Both the position numbers and the translations under genes were made by a program. Positions 1-13,076 of a DNA stretch of 64,000 nucleotides are shown piece by piece. Origin of the DNA: Octopus sinensis (Eukaryota); the NCBI RefSeq assembly GCF_006345805.1, contig NC_043011.1:25556464-25620463 (forward strand), read 5' to 3'. Position 1 is the stretch's first letter. Every line of letters begins with the position of its first letter. Under the pieces are notes generated by a model that saw nothing but the letters and a program-made list of their open reading frames with translations, was not told the origin of the DNA and searched no databases.

Positions 1-64
1 GATGATGATGATAACGATGATGATAATAATAATAATGATAGCATTAATAACAGCACAAATAAAG
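1..64 (+). CDS. Gene 1, internal exon (5' end outside window): DDDDNDDDNNNNDSINNSTNK, Asp/Asn-rich
   Basis: Frame 1 is open from base 1 to a strong donor AAAG|GTAAGT at 64/65. Phase 1 joins the exon at 881 in frame (G+AA = Glu). Confidence 0.7.
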
Positions 65-880
65 GTAAGTCATAAATGAAATTTAGTTTTAGGAAAATGA
101 AAATTTCACATTTGAAAATGAGAATGAGTTATGTTTGGTAGTTTGTGTTATGAAATGGCATACTATGAAAAATATAATATTCATGTAATTGCTCTCAATG
201 ACAACTAAAATCTATGGAAGTAAAATCTAATTCAGTAACTAACAAGTGTTAGTTACTGAATTAAAAAAAAATGGAAGTTGAAAATAAAAGCAGCTTTCCT
301 ATTGCAAGGCCAAAAAATATTTTGATGGAAAATAGTTGTGGTCCTTGGTCCATAGGCAGGCTATTGATGTGCCTCTCCCAGGACTAGTTAGTTTTTAAAT
401 GTTTCTGTAACTTTGATTTTCTTCTAAGTAGGGATGTTGGCTCTATGCAAACCCATTTTACCCCTGGGAAGAAGTGATCCATATTAGTTTGGCCTTTATC
501 CTTTGATCTGACCTGCATGGGAGGCCCTACCTGGAACTGTAATTCAGAGTCACTGAGGTGCCCAGGCTACCATATTGCAACAAGAGCTTGACCTTCCATT
601 TGACTGGTTTCTTTACAATTCCCCTCTATCTGAATTTACCTGCAATACCTTGGTTAACTGGATCTCAGATGTTTTAGATATATGTCCATTAAGCGTAACA
701 TTAGGTTTTCTATAAGTCAGGACTGATATAAAGTTCACAAAAACATTGTATTATACAAAATCTGTTGGAAGACTTGTTTGTGTATCATTTATGTGTAATT
801 TTTGTATATATTAATATTTGAAATATTTCATATTAATAATTGAATGAATTTAATAATATTGTATTATTTTATATTCATAG

Positions 881-1093
881 AATCTTCAATACAAATTGAA
901 AGTTTACTGGAATATGATGAAAATATCACTATGGAAATAGCAGATATACAAGTATCAACACAAAATATTGGATCAAACTGCACAACAGACATTCATTGTT
1001 CCAGCAACAGTGTTTGTACTCAGAATTCTTGTGGCATATACTTGTGTACATGTCGTAAAGGTTTCTTTGAGATAGAAGGGCTTTGTAGAAAAG
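881..1093 (+). CDS. Gene 1 exon: acidic spacer plus Cys-rich EB/EGF-like module (IGSNCTTDIHCSSNSVCTQNSCGIYLCTCRKGFFEIEGLCRK)
   Basis: Acceptor ttcatag at 880, donor G|GTATGT at 1093/1094, 213 nt, phase 1-1. Cys spacing includes the C-x-C core of EB-like modules. Confidence 0.85.
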
Positions 1094-3204
1094 GTATGTA
1101 CATTAAGATATACATCTATCCTTGTTTATCATAGATGTTTGATTTAAAAGAAAACTGTGTTAAATGAATCAATGACAAATGAATAATAAAACAAATGAGA
1201 AAATTAGGTTTTGCTCCAAGATCCCAAGTTGCCCTAAGCTTGATGGATGGTCAGCAGGGTGTGCTTTTGTGGTTGAAGCAGAAATTTTGACTGGTTATTG
1301 ATCTGTGCTATCATGGTTCAATTTGTGACAAGCTTAATGCAGTTCACAATGAGTATGTCATGTTATCCCAGATCAGTGATGACTGAATTAATGTTAAACA
1401 AGGTTAGATTTATATCACTAAAAGATGAAATAATGAAACTATAGAAAATATATTTCATTTTTATTTCATCTAGTTTCAGCTCATGAGCTGTGGCCATGCT
1501 GGGGCACCGCCATTTAAATATGTGGCGGTTGTCCTGTAACATATCAGGATATTGGGCTGCAAGTGAAGGTTTGTTGTTGCTCTTTAGTTCTAGGTAATTT
1601 TTGATTGAGCAGAGCTATGATCAAATGCATTCAAATCATGACCACTCTATATTTTCTATTCAGCTATAGAGTATCTAAGGCTACACTCACTATACAAAGT
1701 GGTTGACTGGCAGAGCCATTAGAATGTTGGACAGAAAGTATTGTGACATTTATTCTGGCTCTCTGCCTTCTGAGTCCAAATTCTGCTGAGATCAAATGTG
1801 TTTTTCATCCTTTCAGGGTCAATATATAACATACTAGTCTAGTGCTGATGCAGTCCTTTCTCCTAGTTATCACATCCTGAATGTTCTGCACAATCAAAAG
1901 TGGGAGAGTTGTGATGGATTTTTGGATACTTGTAACATATATAGGTACCTAAAGCCTTTAGCAAAACATGGTACATGCCGATACCAAATCACCTATGATT
2001 GCAAGTGACGACCATAGTTTAGTTTTTCTTGCTATCCCATGTGTCCCTCCTTTTTTTTTTAATATATTAAGTTGTGATTTGATGTTTACTTGGCTACTGT
2101 ATCTAGCAAGTAAAGTAACTTCCTGAGTCAGTTTGTGAAAAACTTTTGTTTTCGTGTAATGTATTTAGGACAAATCAGCCTATAGGGGTCCATATCTATG
2201 TCAGGATTTGAACTCATTACAAGTGAATGAAACACAGTTCTCTTGCAACAACAAATGGCATGATATGAATTGTAGAAATACATGCACAGGAAAACTGAAG
2301 TATTTGCTCTGTTGAAAATAATTGGCCTTTCAGAACTACTAATGCAGTGAATTTATATGTTTATATACAGAATGTGAGTGTTTACATCTCATGTGACATT
2401 TTTACATATTGGTTAATTTCTAGGAAAAATTTATATCTACTATATAAACGAGAGTGTATGTGTGTATATCACAGAGAAGCTCCAAAACGGCACTTCCTTA
2501 AGAAAACGAATTTGATTTTCAAAATCTGTGTCCTAATGGGAAGATTTTTGATAATTAGTAAAAACAAAATTATTTGCTACAAGAAATAACTCAACTTTTA
2601 GATCACCAATTTACCTCTCTCTATCTGTCTATCAGGCTCTACCTGCCTATTATACTTTCCCCTCTCTATATATGTTTACCACACTCTTTATCACTCTCTG
2701 TAGATGTATATCTCTCATACATGCTGCTTCCCCACCTCTCTCTTGATATTACATGTAATGCAATATCAAGGGCTTCTGTCTATCTTTATGTAAATTATTT
2801 ACATGCCTGTTTGACCATTTCACATGACTTTATTCCTTAAAACTTATTAAAACTTCTAACAACTTTCGTTGTTGTAATGTTTTGCTTTCATTTTGTTAAA
2901 AACTTTATTGTCAATGTTTTTGCTTTCATTTTGTGATAGATGGCTATCATGCAGAAAATGCTAGCTTCCAAATCTTGTTTTTCTGATTGGGTAAAAATGA
3001 TCAAAATTTAAACTACTGTAGTATTTTACTAAAATTTTTCTGGAATAAAGTAATCACAAAATTAGATTCAGAGTAAAAAATTACATCAATATACTAAATT
3101 TGAACATTTTCATTTGATTTTAAAATTTAAAAATCTGCGACAGTAACAGAAATAAATCCCTCTTTCTGTGTGTCGCTCTCTGTCTTTTAAAATTTCCTCA
3201 TTGT

Positions 3205-3247
3205 AAACGTTCCCCCTCTTCCCTATATGGGAAGAGGGGGAACGTTT
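3205..3247. repeat. Perfect 19-bp inverted repeat with 5-nt loop
   Basis: aaacgttccccctcttccc-tatat-gggaagagggggaacgttt. Confidence 0.95.
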
Positions 3248-3344
3248 CAGGGTCAATAATAAGTACTAGTTGAACACTGGGGTTGATGTAATCGACTTAA
3301 TCTCCCCTGAAATTGCTGGCCTTGTGCCAAAATTTGAAACCAGA

Positions 3345-3560
3345 GGCAGTGATCTGGTAGAATCATAAGCATGCCAGGTAAAATAATTAGTAGCATTTCA
3401 TCTATCTTTAAGTCTGAGTTCAAATTTCACAGAGGTCAGTTTTACCTTTCATCCTTTTGAGATTGATAACTAAGTACCAGTTGAGCACTGGGGTTAATGT
3501 AATCGACTTACCCCCTCCCCCGAAATTGCTGGCCTTGTGCCAAAACTTAATACTGATATC
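3345..3560 (+). mobile_element. tRNA-derived SINE family A (Meta-domain-like centre); a partial copy lies just upstream at 3248-3341
   Basis: B-box-like gagttcaaattt and the cctttcatccttt..gataa.taagtaccag core shared with many copies in the window (about 1709, 9235, 42830, 47185, 52705, 54600, 60562). Confidence 0.8.
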
Positions 3561-3623
3561 ACTTATATTATCCATGTTTTAAATCTTTTTGTTTTCCTCT
3601 CATCTTACTTTTGTATTGATCAG

Positions 3624-3923
3624 TTGCTGGCATTGGAAGAGAGTGCAATAGCACAACAGTTTGCTACCCTTCCTCAACAGAATGTAAACCCAGACAGCGC
3701 TGTGGCTGCAAGTTCCCATTTGTGTTGAAAAATGGCTTTTGTGTGTTACCTGGAAAATCACTTGTAAATGAACAGTGCACCACTACTGCTGATTGTGCAG
3801 CTGAACAGCATCTGAAGTGTAAGGATGGCATATGTCAGTGCATGCCAGAATTTATTTTGGTTTCTGTTAAGGATTTCAGCCAGTTACCAGGAGAGATGTG
3901 CATTCCAGTCAACTCACATGCTG
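3624..3923 (+). CDS. Gene 1 exon: two 6-Cys EB-module-like repeats (AGIGRECNSTTVCYPSSTECKPRQRCGCKFPFVLKNGFC...QCTTTADCAAEQHLKCKDGICQCMPEF...MCIPVNSHA)
   Basis: Acceptor gatcag at 3623, donor G|GTGAGT at 3923/3924, 300 nt, phase 1-1, open frame that extends ORF 3722 upstream. Confidence 0.88.
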
Positions 3924-4050
3924 GTGAGTGTTGTTTCAACCCTTGTTCCTTTATTACTCTGTAGATATGATCATATCTTTACCGTTATCTGTATGATCCC
4001 ACAATAAACAACATAGCTTACTGTCATCAGTCAGTACAGCTCTAAACATA

Positions 4051-4345
4051 TGTGGTCTGATCAATAAGTGTCCAGACTGTCGTCATAGTAACAAACTAAA
4101 GCATGCAGAATGAAGGTGCTTGGCAAAGGATGACCTTAAACTCTGCTGTGCATGCACACTAAGTTTTAAATGCTCTAGCTCACTTCTACTGGTGTGTAGC
4201 GTGTGATCATCGCTTTGACCATGACAGAGAAAGTTGAGCAGAGAATCTGCATCAAATTTTGCCAAAAACGTGATGATACCTGCTCAGAGGCCTATTTAAA
4301 GTTTTCAAAAAGTTTTCATTGTCCTCAACACAATAGACTATGAAA
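4051..4345 (+). mobile_element. Mariner-like transposon 5' fragment
   Basis: TA followed by a TIR-like tgtggtctgatcaataag. ATG at 4221 gives MTEKVEQRICIKFCQK, a typical mariner transposase N-terminus. Confidence 0.7.
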
Positions 4346-6126
4346 CTTGGTGTAGTCCCCGGCCTTGCCAGTTCCTATCAGGCTGTCCAATCCATGCCAG
4401 TATGGAAAACGGATGTTAAATGTAAGATAAAATGCCTCTGCTGTCATCAGTGTATAATCACTATCAGTATTATACCCTCATTTTCATCCTCATGTATTTA
4501 GTGCCATCATCATACTCCACTGTGATCAATATGTCTCTACTATCAATCTGTAGTCAACATATTCTTCTTCATTATCAACATCATGCTCTCAAAGTCATTG
4601 TCCTTCTTCCCTTCCATATCTCCCATGTCATAAATATACCTGCATCATCTTTATCTTTTCATTCCATTTGATACTGTAATTCCATTTTTAATACAATTCT
4701 CACATAACTTAATTGTTACTGAGATGCTTTTGAAATCCCTTTCATGATTCCACAGCCTTATAATCATCTCTCTAACTTCAAAGTGTGATTAGAATGTCAC
4801 AGTAAAGGATTGTAAGATGGATTATTCAAGCTGAGCCCATGGACAGGACACCTAGCAGCAGCCCAAGAAGGTGATTGTAGGATAGTATTCATAGCCTCAG
4901 TTGGGCATGTTTGGGGATTTAGCAGGAATGGTGATTGCTTCTGATAGGATCTTATGGAGGAGGTGCCAAAGAACTTTACCTCCATGACCCTCCAAGGAAT
5001 AGTCGACAGAGAAAATGAATGGATGTAACTTCATAGTCATTCACTATTACCTACTACTATACTTCACTACTACTATACTTCACATTTCATCATCTCACCA
5101 CATCGAGAGAAAAGCTACCCTCTGTTTCAAAGACATACTGTCTTTTCTCTTTCTTTTTTACTGTTACAATAATGGCCTCTTTGCTGAGCTGTCTGGTCTC
5201 AAACCACCACTACTCAGGTACTTCCATCTCACTTGTCTTTCCTCTCATCACCCATGTTGTGTTAACCCCAGTTGACCTAGGCTTCACACTAAAAATTATA
5301 TTCAATCCTTCCTCCCCAAAACGTAAATCCTTTGTCATTCACTTCCTGCTCATGTTTTTAATCACAGGTGTTGCCTTGCAATAGTTTAATCAGAACATTA
5401 ATAACATCTCTCTCACTGGTCTCAGAGAACTTGCAAAGGCCATGGCTACTGCATTTTCCTTCAAACGAAGCAGCTATCTTTATAAGCATTTGCTATTGTC
5501 ATCAAAGGGACAACTTTAGGTCTTGTGTAACATCTAAAAATATTTCTTGCAGAAACCTGTAATGGCTCTAACTCAGATTCATCTACTTCAAGCAATACAA
5601 ACCTGTTGGCTTCCTCAAGTGTTGGATTTGTAGGTAAATAAATATCTTTTTCTAGATATGTTATTGCTATTAACTGGCATTTGAAGATACTTATAATAAT
5701 AATGAGCTTATTGTATATAGTGCTCAGGTGCAATAAGTTATAAATGAAAAGTCCTGAGGTTGATTCATTTGACTAAAAATTCTTCAAGGCAGTGCCCCAG
5801 TATGGCTACGGTCTGATGACATTAAACAAGTAAGAGAAAGTATAATAATTGTACAATTTATGATGCAAAACAATAATGAAAAAAGACGAAAAGAAGAGGA
5901 TAAACAATGCTTTTTTGTTTGTTCATAATCATCATCATCATCATCACTTAATGTCACTTTTCCATGTTTGTATGGGTTGGATGGTTTGACATCTCAATCT
6001 ACCACTTTGATTTTTCTATTCTCTAGATTTAATACTTGCAGGTGGTCATGTTGATGGGTGGGCGTATTGAATAAATTTAACTTGATTTGCTTGAAAATCT
6101 TCATTTGTAAACTGTTCAGTGCAGAT

Positions 6127-6130
<4 letters not shown>

Positions 6131-6209
<79 letters not shown>
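6131..6209. repeat. (GA)n microsatellite
   Basis: About 40 uninterrupted GA units. Confidence 0.98.
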
Positions 6210-6215
<6 letters not shown>

Positions 6216-7004
6216 TTAAAGAAAGGAAAAATATATCTAAAACTGTCCAACAACAATTTTTATTCCACAGTGATTGTTCTAAACTTTCCCTCGAAAATCA
6301 CATCTAATAGTATTCTGGGACGAATTAGCCAGCGACGAATTGACCTGGGGAAGAATTGATCAACGACGAATTGACCGGGGATAAATCAACTGATGACGAA
6401 ATAACTGGGAACGAAGTGTCCTAGCACCTACGTGTGTGTCTGAAGGTAACTGACAGCCAAACCTGTATTGACAGACACTGTGGGTGCTGGTACTTGCTGC
6501 AAAAACAAGCTGCATGCAAGCTTTCATGCTAGAATAGTTGCTCCTTTCGAATATTTCTATTTCAGCAAACAAATGATCTCTGGTTGTGATATCTGTGAAG
6601 CCTATAAGGATGCAAAAAGTTGTGGGGAGACTGTATATTTTGGTCGTAAATTGGATCTATGATGACATGGCTCTAATATATTGGTTATTCACTAATTGGA
6701 AGCAATTTGTAATTAACAACTATTTTGTTTGCTGGAGTGCTGAATTTAAATACTTTTAGGGATCTGCAGAAGAAAATTAAATAAAAGGTAAAACAAGATA
6801 TCAATATGTCTTCTCTTGTATCACTATATAAAGATGAAAGTCTTTGGTGTTGTACCAATGACTTAACAAACTAATCTGGGATTTCATTTGCAACTGTTAA
6901 CATTTTATACTTTGTTATTGAAGTAGCATCTCTTTGTTTCATCTCATTAATATTCAAGACTGACATTTTTTGTTTTTGGTAATTTCTCCGTTTCTCCTTC
7001 TCAG

Positions 7005-7085
7005 GTCACTGCAATGATGGTTCTTCAGGAGAATCATGTATCAACAGAGCTGTTGATGATCTCACAGAAGGGAATAAGTTACTTG
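7005..7085 (+). CDS. Gene 1 exon: juxtamembrane segment GHCNDGSSGESCINRAVDDLTEGNKLL
   Basis: Long pyrimidine tract plus CAG at 7004, donor G|GTAATT at 7085/7086, 81 nt, phase 1-1. Confidence 0.75.
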
Positions 7086-7215
7086 GTAATTATTTTGTTT
7101 TTATCCTCCTCTTCCTCCGAAGTCCATCTTGTAGGCTGGCATAGGTTGAATGGTTTGATAGCAGCTGGCAAACCAGAGAGCTGCATCAGACTCCATTGGT
7201 TGCTTTGGCATGGTT

Positions 7216-7350
7216 CACCACCACCACCACCACCACCACCAACCACCACCACCACCACCACCACCCCACCACCACCACCCACCACCACCACCACCACCAC
7301 CACCACCACCACCACCACCACCACCACCACCACCACCACCACCACCACCA
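7216..7350. repeat. (ACC)n microsatellite
   Basis: About 45 ACC units at the tail of an RTE 3' UTR copy. Confidence 0.95.
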
Positions 7351-7620
7351 TTTAACGTCCACTTTCCATGCTAGCATGGGTTGGACGATTTGACTGAGGT
7401 CTGGCGAACCAAATGGCTGCACCAGGCTCCAATCTGATCTGGCAGAGTTTCTACAGCTGGATGCCCTTCCTAACGCCAACCACTCTGAGAGTGTAGTGGG
7501 TGCGTTTACGTGCCACTGGCACGAGGGCCAGTCAGGTGGTACTGGCATCAGCCACACTCAAATGGTGCTTTTCATGTGCCACCTGCACACAAGCCAGTCC
7601 AGTGGCACTGGCAATGGCTG
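7351..7620 (-). mobile_element. Short 3'-UTR-derived copy of the RTE LINE family (SINE-like)
   Basis: Shares ctggatgcccttcctaacgccaaccact and tttaacgtccactttccatgctagcatgggttgg with the 3' UTR at 32960-33145. Similar copies at about 11570, 39720, 41900, 58930, 60180, 61810, 62340. Confidence 0.85.
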
Positions 7621-8371
7621 AATATTAATATTATCAAGAAATTAAATAATATTAATATTATTAATGTAATATTTGATACCAACCTTCCCCAAATCACCCT
7701 TGTTTCTATGACGTAAACATCATCTTTAAAAATTACCCTAATTAAAACCTTCCATTAAAATTTCATGTTAAATTATGTTCTAAACAACAGTTTAATAATG
7801 GCAGTTATTGTATTAAACAGTAAACAAATTAATAAAGAAAAGCTGAGTATTTCAACAGAGATATGGTAACAAAAAGGGTTAAAAGTTATCAATATAATTC
7901 ACACAGCCAGATAAAGATAATATCCTCAAGTATTGATAGTACAATGAGTTGAAAAAAACTTTGATCAGTTGAGATTATCCATACAAGTAGTATTTAAAAC
8001 TCACTCTGGGATTATTTCATATCTAAAGACCAAAGGAGCAAAATAAGATCAGTTGATTAAAATTTTTCCAGCCACATGGTTTAGGGTTCAGTTCCACTGC
8101 GTGACACGTTGGGCAAGTGTCATCTACTATAGCCTTGGGTTGACCAGAGCCGTGTGAGTGGATTTGGTAGACGGAAACTGCTTGTCACACACACACACGT
8201 GTGTGCGTGTGTGTATGTATCTATGAGTGTGTGTCTTTGTGTCTAAGTTTGTCACCCATCACCACCCCTTGACAGTCAGTATTGGTGTGTTTACATCCCT
8301 GTAACTTAGCAGTTCAGTAAAAAAAAAAAAACTGATTGAATAAGTGCCAGGCTTTAAAAATGGTGCAGAAG

Positions 8372-8910
8372 CTGCGACAGACAGTCCCTGCCATCAGAGA
8401 GAGACCATGCTGGTTGGGGTTCAGCAGATTGTTGTCTTTGAGGAAGTGGGTTATTCACGATCTCACCACCCTCTCAAGTACTTTAATGATTTGAGAGGTG
8501 AGTGAAATCGGATGGTAGTTCACAGCAAGAGATTTGTTTCCCTTTTTGAAAACTGGAATGACAGACTGGGAAAGAAAATGATCAGGAATATAGCCTGTGC
8601 CAAGTGAGTTTGTTCAGAGCTCAACTAGAGAGGGTGCAATTTGATGTCGACACATCTTCCGGACAGTGGCTGGGAACCTATCGGGACCTACTGCCGAGTT
8701 GTGCTTGATCTTATTTATTTCTGTTAGGATATTAGGAGCGCCAAAAGTAATGTCAAATATAGTTAGTTGAGGGTTTATATCACTGATGCTAGCCAGATCA
8801 ACTGCATTGGGGTTATTGAAAACAGAGCAGTATTGTTTCAGCAGCATCTCGCATAAGCCTGTATAAAGGGCAGCAAACTTAAGGGTTGCTCCAGGCAGCC
8901 TGCATTCTAG
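8372..8910 (-). mobile_element. CR1/jockey-type LINE reverse-transcriptase fragment
   Basis: Minus-strand translation with frameshifts gives NSAVGPD..., P.F.KGNK....NYRPISLTSQIIKVLERVV and LLNPNQHG-like RT motifs. Confidence 0.8.
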
Positions 8911-9784
8911 CTACGAGCCATTACTCTATGACTCTGTAAAAAACAAAAGAAGAAAAAATATCAGATAAGGGAGATAACTCACATCAGATTAATTAATGGA
9001 AACTGGAGAAGACAATTTTGAGTGAACTTGATCGTTAGAGCTAAATGGTGAAAAGAACAGACATATCTTAGTCTTGATTTGAATACAAAGAGTGATCACT
9101 TATATATATTGAAACAGAGAAAATGTTGTGTTCTGATTATTAAATCATCAATATAGCTATGGAAAAATACTTCAGCAGTGTATTCTGTAAATTAAATACA
9201 AATATGGTAGGGTCTCACATATGCAATATAACATTAAAATTCTGCTGAAGTTGACTTTGCCTTTCATCACTTCAGGGTTGATAAAATAAGTATCAGTTCA
9301 GCATTGGGGTTGACGAAATCCATTTTCCCCTCCCTCAAAACTGCTGGCTTTGTTGCAATGTTAGAAAGAATTATATGTAATACTTCCACTACTTTCAGTA
9401 CTGAGTTTATATACACATGTATTGTACTTATTTACAACCAGATGGATTTATCCAGTGAGTGTTTGACCCAAGGACACTGTATTTAGCAATGATGAGACTG
9501 AAGTCTTTTGCCTTTTAGATAATATTTTAATTTCACCCCTTGGACCTTAACCAGCTGTGTCTTTCAAAGCATCTAGTGTGTTCAGTTGTAATGGGATTTG
9601 AACTGAGAACAACAAAGACTCGACAAGAAACCATAAATATGGTTTCAAATTTTTTCACAAGGCCAGCAATTTCAGGGTGGTGGACAAGTTGATTACATCA
9701 ACCCCAATCGAAGACTATTACTTTCCACATATATATTAGAAATGAATACTTGTTATTATCACTGCGTTTGTTACAATATTGCAG

Positions 9785-9869
9785 ATCATGTACTTGCACC
9801 AATTGCTGCTGCAGTTTTAATTCTGCTTCTTTTCATTGCAATAATGGTTTATTCCAGAAAAAAATGCAA
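9785..9869 (+). CDS. Gene 1 exon: transmembrane helix and stop-transfer (DHVLAPIAAAVLILLLFIAIMVYSRKKC)
   Basis: Acceptor ttgcag at 9784, donor AA|GTAAGT at 9869/9870. About 21 hydrophobic residues followed by RKK. Confidence 0.85.
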
Positions 9870-10360
9870 GTAAGTATATACTTTTTTATCCAATCAAAAT
9901 ATATTTCCTATTGAACATAATGTAATATCTACCTTGGTGAAAATAGTGAACTTGCAGACTTAATAACTTCATGTGTTTATTAGTTATATAAAAATAGTTT
10001 ATATAGAACTATTATATATAACTGCCATCTCAGAAGAGTACAGGGTTATATAACCGGGCTGTTGTCTAATACTCCATTGAAGCCCTAGTATGAAACTGAG
10101 CGGTAAGATCTGTTGTAATTGATATAATACTGTACAATTCAATTAATATATACACTCTATTGTCAAATATATGAGCGCATATTTTTTCTGACTTATGGAT
10201 TCTTTGATGCTCTCTCTCTCTCTATATATATATATATAATATATACCTTATATAATTTACACTTATGTAATAAAAGTTATCATCTTTAGAATGTCATGAG
10301 GTGCTTCAAATTTGGAAAGCTCACTCAGGTGTAGGACATGCACACATGCACGCATGCATG

Positions 10361-10460
<100 letters not shown>

Positions 10461-10656
10461 CTGGCACAGAGTTTCAGTCCTATTGAATTCTGTTCCATAA
10501 GTATTTTCAATCTATATTCACAGATGTTTTCTATTATGTTTAAGATTTTCTGCCTTGGTTAAAGAAGCTGTAAAAAAAAAAAAAAAATAAAAAGCAGACC
10601 CTTTGCTTAAATGTTTCAATCTACATTCATTGAAATAGTTTGTTTTATTTCCCCAG

Positions 10657-10699
10657 TTCTCGCTCGAACATTGAGAGACGAAATCCTTCACGATTATGA
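10657..10699 (+). CDS. Gene 1 candidate terminal coding exon (NSRSNIERRNPSRL*)
   Basis: Good acceptor ttttatttccccag at 10656. The phase-2 join with the TM exon reaches TGA at 10697-10699. A different frame (VLARTLRDEILHDYEMKSLLHRWGG*) would need an extra exon. Confidence 0.45.
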
Positions 10700-11353
10700 A
10701 ATGAAATCTTTGCTACATCGATGGGGAGGATAAAATGTAATAAAAGAGAAATAGAGAGAGAAACAAACTTCAAGATGTTTGACTTGAATTATATAGCAGG
10801 ACTGAAGATATGGTACAGAATGATTAGAGGATGGGTTTTAATAGCAGCTAATTACCGATGTCATCCTTGCCTCATTAACAAGATTGATTTGAGCTGGATT
10901 CTGTTATGAACATAACTGTTGAGAGATTAATGGTTTCAGTGGATATTGTTATTTCTCCAGTTGCTATATCTAACCATACTGTTTCTTCCCCATTATAATT
11001 TGTTTGTATTATACCAATAGCATCCCTACATTCATATGTGTTAACATTAGACTAACACTCCCCAACCAACACTCTTACAGCTTCTTTGGAAACTGCTGCT
11101 ACCATTCAAACAAAACGATAAATAAAGCTTCATTGGAAAAAAAAAAAAAATCAATTGTTTTTATTTCGTGACAAAATATAATTGATTTGCAAAAAATTTA
11201 AATATTTGTAATAATACAAAAATACTTTAAAATAATTTTAAAATAATTTTGAACAAAAATAACAATGCATTCTTTTTTTTTTTTCGTTTATATGATTGCT
11301 TTGCAAAAAAAATGTGCGTGTGTGTGTGTATTTACACACATATATGTATATTT

Positions 11354-11385
<32 letters not shown>

Positions 11386-11432
11386 TACATATATATATAT
11401 GTATATGTGTATTATATATATATATACATGTA

Positions 11433-11472
<40 letters not shown>

Positions 11473-12056
11473 TATATGTGTGTGTATATATATGTATGTA
11501 TGTGTGCTTATATATATTATACTAGCACTATGACCTGGCAACACACACACACACACACACCTGTTGAGGCAAGTAAAATCGAAATCGAAATCAAATTCGA
11601 TGACTGTGCTGGTGGAGCGCTAAGAGTACCATACGAGTGTGATCATTGCCAGAGCAACAAGCTGGCCTCTGTGCCAATGGCACGTAAAAAGCACCATTCA
11701 AATGTGATTGTTACCCGCGTCGCCTTACTGGCACTTGTGCTGGTGGCATGTGAAAAAACATTTGAGCGAGGTCGTTGCCAGTGCCGCTGGACGGGTTCCT
11801 ATGCAGGTGGCACATAAAAAGCACTATTTGAGCGTAGTTGTTGCCAGTACCACCTGACAGGCCTTCATGCTGGTGGCATGTAAAAGCACCCACTATACTC
11901 TTGGAGTGGTTGGCGTTAGGAAGGGCATCTAGCTGTAGAAACTCTGCCAGATCAGATTGGAGTATGGTGCAGCCATCTGGTTTGCTAGACCTCAGTCAAA
12001 TCGTCCAACCCATGCTAGCATGGAAAGTGGATGTTAAACGATGATGATGATGATGA

Positions 12057-12120
<64 letters not shown>

Positions 12121-12632
12121 TTTTATTTAGTATGAGGCAAAGTAAGTTTTCACAAACAGCAAAGCTGTCAAACTATCATTAATAATCATTTTAATACTGC
12201 AATGACTCCAGTGTGTTGTAAAAAAATGATTTTTCTTAAATCACATGGTAGAAAAATAAGGGAATGCATGTACAATATTGTTTACACTAATGCAATAGTG
12301 TTTACAATACAACTGTAAAGTTCAGAATAATATCACAGCATTTACAATAATACCATTATTAACAACATTAGAATTTATAAACTTTCAAGAGAATGCGGAA
12401 TAAATTATTTTTTGGAATGGTAGATCTTGAAGCAAATAAAGCTATGAATATAATAGTATGTAGATATTGATTTCAAATTTGGGTACAAGGCCAGCATGTT
12501 CATAGAAAGAGTTAAGTTGATTACATCAATCCATAGGGCTCAAAATGTACTCATTTTATCGACCCAGAGAAGATGAAAGGCAATGCTGACCATGGCAGAA
12601 TTTGAACTCAAAATAAATAGTGTGTAAATATT

Positions 12633-13076
12633 CTTTTCTACTCTAGGCACAAGGCTCGAAATTTTTGGGGAGGGGGGCCAGTCAATTAGACCAACTCCAG
12701 TACACAACTGGTACTTAATTTATCGACCCCAAAAGGATGAAAGGCAAAGTTGACCTCAGAGGAATTTGAACTCAGAACATAGACAGATGAAATACCGCTA
12801 AGCATTTTGCCTAGCATGCTCACGTTTCTGCCATCTTGCTGCCTTAGTTGTCTGTAATATTCGTTTCTACTCTAGGCACAAGGCCTGAAATTTTTGGGGA
12901 GGAGGGGGCAGTCAATTAGATCAACCCCAGTATGCAACTGGTACTTAATTTATTGACCCCGAAAGGATGAAAGACAGAGTTGACCTCAGCGAAATTTGAA
13001 CTCAGAACATAAAGACAGATGAAATACTGCTAAGCATTTCGCCTGGTGTTCTAACATTTCTGCCAGCTCACCACCT
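12633..13076 (-). mobile_element. Head-to-tail dimer of SINE family A inside one 19-bp direct repeat
   Basis: Copies at 12633-12846 and about 12860-13076. taaatagtgtgtaaatatt occurs at 12614-12632 and 13077-13095. An older partial copy lies at 12470-12612. Confidence 0.8.

Noticed and set aside
5360-5530. Possible CRE-like LINE C-terminus and adjacent LINE-like debris at 4700-5350
   Set aside because: Too degenerate to assign by eye.
6388-6402. CUGAUGACGAAA, a hammerhead core look-alike
   Set aside because: No room for stem II and no stem I or III.
7014-7355. 113-aa ORF overlapping the exon at 7005
   Set aside because: It is in a different frame from the phase-consistent exon and simply runs on into the (ACC)n tract.
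10034-10102. Alternative terminal exon for gene 1 (KRVQGYITGLLSNTPLKP*) with a donor at 10103
   Set aside because: Weak pyrimidine tract, and a stop upstream of a further intron. It cannot be excluded without cDNA.
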